Shown here piece by piece: positions 53,301 through 56,300 of a stretch of DNA of 64,000 bases; the first letter of the stretch is position 1, and each line of letters begins with the position of its first letter. The notes beneath the pieces are model-generated. The model ran no database searches. It was not told the origin of the DNA and saw only the letters and a list, made by a program, of their open reading frames with translations. The position numbers and the translations under genes were made by a program. The stretch is from the NCBI GenBank assembly GCA_045531265.1, contig JAZSDP010000078.1:27610-91609 (forward strand). Direction: 5' to 3'. The DNA is from Acutalibacteraceae bacterium (GTDB taxonomy: Bacteria > Bacillota > Clostridia > Oscillospirales > Acutalibacteraceae).

Positions 53301-56300
53301 GGCAGCAATTAAGGTTGATACACCCACAGGTCTTGTGGATCCCACTGATATCGGTAAGCCCGTTACTAAGTGGCATGTTGAAACCGGTGATACTCTCGTA
53401 TTCATCCTTTCAACCGTTCTTTCACAGGATGTTCTTGACATCCTCTCTAACCTCCTCGGTCTCACAGACGGTACAGTTAAGGATATCCTTAGCGGTCTCG
53501 TAGGTAAGGAAGAAGAGCTTCTTGATGTTCTCGTTTCACTTCTTGCTAAGTATCTTGTTGAATACAAGGCATATACACAGCCTGAACTCGATAAGATTAA
53601 TGTAACAACAGCTGAAACACATGATAACTTCAACGATATCGTTACAAATCTTGATGCTCTTATCCCGACAATTCTCAGCCTTGTAGAAATCGGCGGTAAG
53701 AAGTACGGCAGCCTTAACGAACTTATCAGCGGATTCATCACAGATGACATCGCAGATATGCTTGTAGGTATGATAGTTGAACTTCTCTCAGGTCTTCCCT
53801 CAGAGACAATCGACGAAATCCTCGGATATGTTAAGGAGCTTACAAACCTCAAGACTCTTGATATCAGCCCGAAGGCATTCGCAAATAACGACTTCGGTTC
53901 AAAGGTTAAGGCATTCTTCGAAGATGCTGCTGCAAAGGCAGGCACCACACTTGATAAGCTCACATGGGCTGAAGCTTGGGAAGCAACAAGCACAGTAGCT
54001 GACGATCCCGAAACAACTGATAAGGTTGAACGTAAATTCAACGGCTATGCTTGGGGCATTGAAGGTCTCAACGACCTTGTAGATCTCCTTTGCGACTTCA
54101 TCCAGCCTCTTGATCCTATCCTCCTCGTTCTTCTCGCAGGCGGTCAGGTAAGAGCTGACTTCGACGGTACAACCGTTGGCAGATCTATCAGTGCACTTGA
54201 TGAAATCAACATCATGGGCGGTATGGGTTATAACTACGCAATCATCCCGCTTCTTGAACTCCTCGGCGTTGACGCAATGAGTCAGGCAGCATATGATTCA
54301 GCAGTTAGCAACAACCACGGCAGTGCTCTCTACCCGATTCTTAACCAGCTTATCAGTACAGTTGAAAATGACATTCTCAAGTCACCCATCAACTGGCTTG
54401 CTAAGATTCTTGCAAATCTCACATATGTAATCGGCAATGATGATATCGGCACAATCGTTGATAATCTCCTTGCTCCCGTTAACCAGCTCATCGCTAAGGT
54501 TGACAAGGTATTCCCGATCGCTATCGACATCAACATAGGTGATATCGGTAACGAAACAGAATACAACAAGGTTGTAGACACCTACCTCGGCGTTGCACAT
54601 CCCGGTGTTGAGGCCGGTATCCACATCAGAGTTGAAGGCAAGGCTCTTGCAGATATGCTTACAGGTCTTCTTGAAGGCATTGAAATTGAAGGCAAGCCTC
54701 TTGGCATCAAGATTGATCTTGATTGGCTCAAGCTTGCAGCAATGGCAGGTGCTGATGCTGACAGCAATAAGAAGGTTGACTTCGAAACAACCAACTTCTC
54801 AACCAAGTATGATATTTACAACGGTGGTGCTTATAAGACCATCAAGGGTGACGCAGCTGACACCTTCGTAACTATCCTCAAGCTCGCACTCACTAAGGAA
54901 AATGTTGAAGCTATCCTTGGCGCACTCAATGTTGAACTTAGTCCCGAAATTAAGGATATTATCGACCAGATCGTTGAAGATCCCGCTAAGATTGTTGATA
55001 TCATTGCAAATCTCCTCGGCGGCAAGCTCGCTTACCAGCCGATCCAGAACAGACCTATTTCCGTAACAGGTGTTAACTACAACAGTTACTTCACCTTCAC
55101 AGAACAGAATGCAGATATCATTGCTAATAACCTTGATACTCTTCTTGTTCAGATTCTTGACCTTGCAGGCCTTGGCTCAATCAGACAGCTTCTCGGTCAG
55201 TTCATTAACAACGGAATGGTTAACCAGCTCCTTGACTTACTCGTAGGTCTCCTCGCAGGCGACTCCGTAGGACCTATCCTTAACACAATTGCAGGCATTG
55301 ACCTCGGCATTGAATTGCCGCTTACACTTCCCGCATTTGCAGCTAAGATCTCTGAACTCGCTAAGACAAGAGATTATCTTAAGGGTGCAGCAGCTCACCT
55401 TAATAAGGGTGTTGCAGCAGGCGGCGAAGATGCAACTTGGGCAAATGTAGGCTCCTTCCAGGATGCTAACGTTGATTGGAAGGTTAAGGACGGCGACCTC
55501 TACGGCTTCGTACAGGCTGTTGCAGGTATCCTTACACCGCTTAACGGTCTTCTTGAACTTCTCCTTATCGGCGAAGGCAAGTACCTTGACGTTCTTGGTG
55601 TTGTTAAGATCGGCGGCGGCAACGGTTACGACTACGGTATCATCCCGCTTCTTGAAGCATTCGGTCTCAAGTCAAGTGAAGTTAAGAATATCACAGAATA
55701 TAAGCAGGCTGTTGCTAAGGACGAAACTCAGCTTCTCGGCTATATCCTTAACAGAATCGCTTACTTCGCTGACGGTCTTCTTGACTCACCTGTAAATGAC
55801 CTTCTCACTATCCTCCCGAACCTTGCATATTACTTCTCCAACGAAGGTCTCCTTCTTACAGTGAAGAATCTGCTTGCTCCTGTTTACACCCTTGTAGACA
55901 CAATCACAAAGGTTCTCGGTGTTGATCTTGAAAGCTTCCTCAAGCTTGAAAAGCTTCTCAGCAATATCGATCTTGGTATCGTTGTATTCAACAACAAGTA
56001 TGATTTCAAGATTCCTGAAATTGATTGGCTCAAGCTTGCTGCACAGGGCGGCGATAAGGCTCAGGAAGTTTCAACTTCACGTTCAATCGCTGCAAACTCC
56101 TACACTAAGGAAATGCGTGCGGATGAATACCATGCATATACTCAGGCTAACCCGAATGCTCCTCATAAGAGCACTCAGAAGAACATCGTAGCAGATAAGG
56201 GCGATACACTCACACTTATCTTCACATGGCTGCTTGAAATGTTCGGCACTCAGCATAACAGAGACGCTCTCGTTAACTGGATTGTTGATGTATTTGAACT

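Noticed and set aside
31354-54041. Many 60-313 aa antisense or off-frame ORFs inside the giant gene, for example 31354-32022, 51805-52746, 53253-54041 and 50320-50940.
   Set aside because: All of them lie within the strongly supported 30-kb frame. They have low-complexity S/R/P- or C/F/V-rich translations with no start context, as expected for shadow frames of a biased, repetitive gene.
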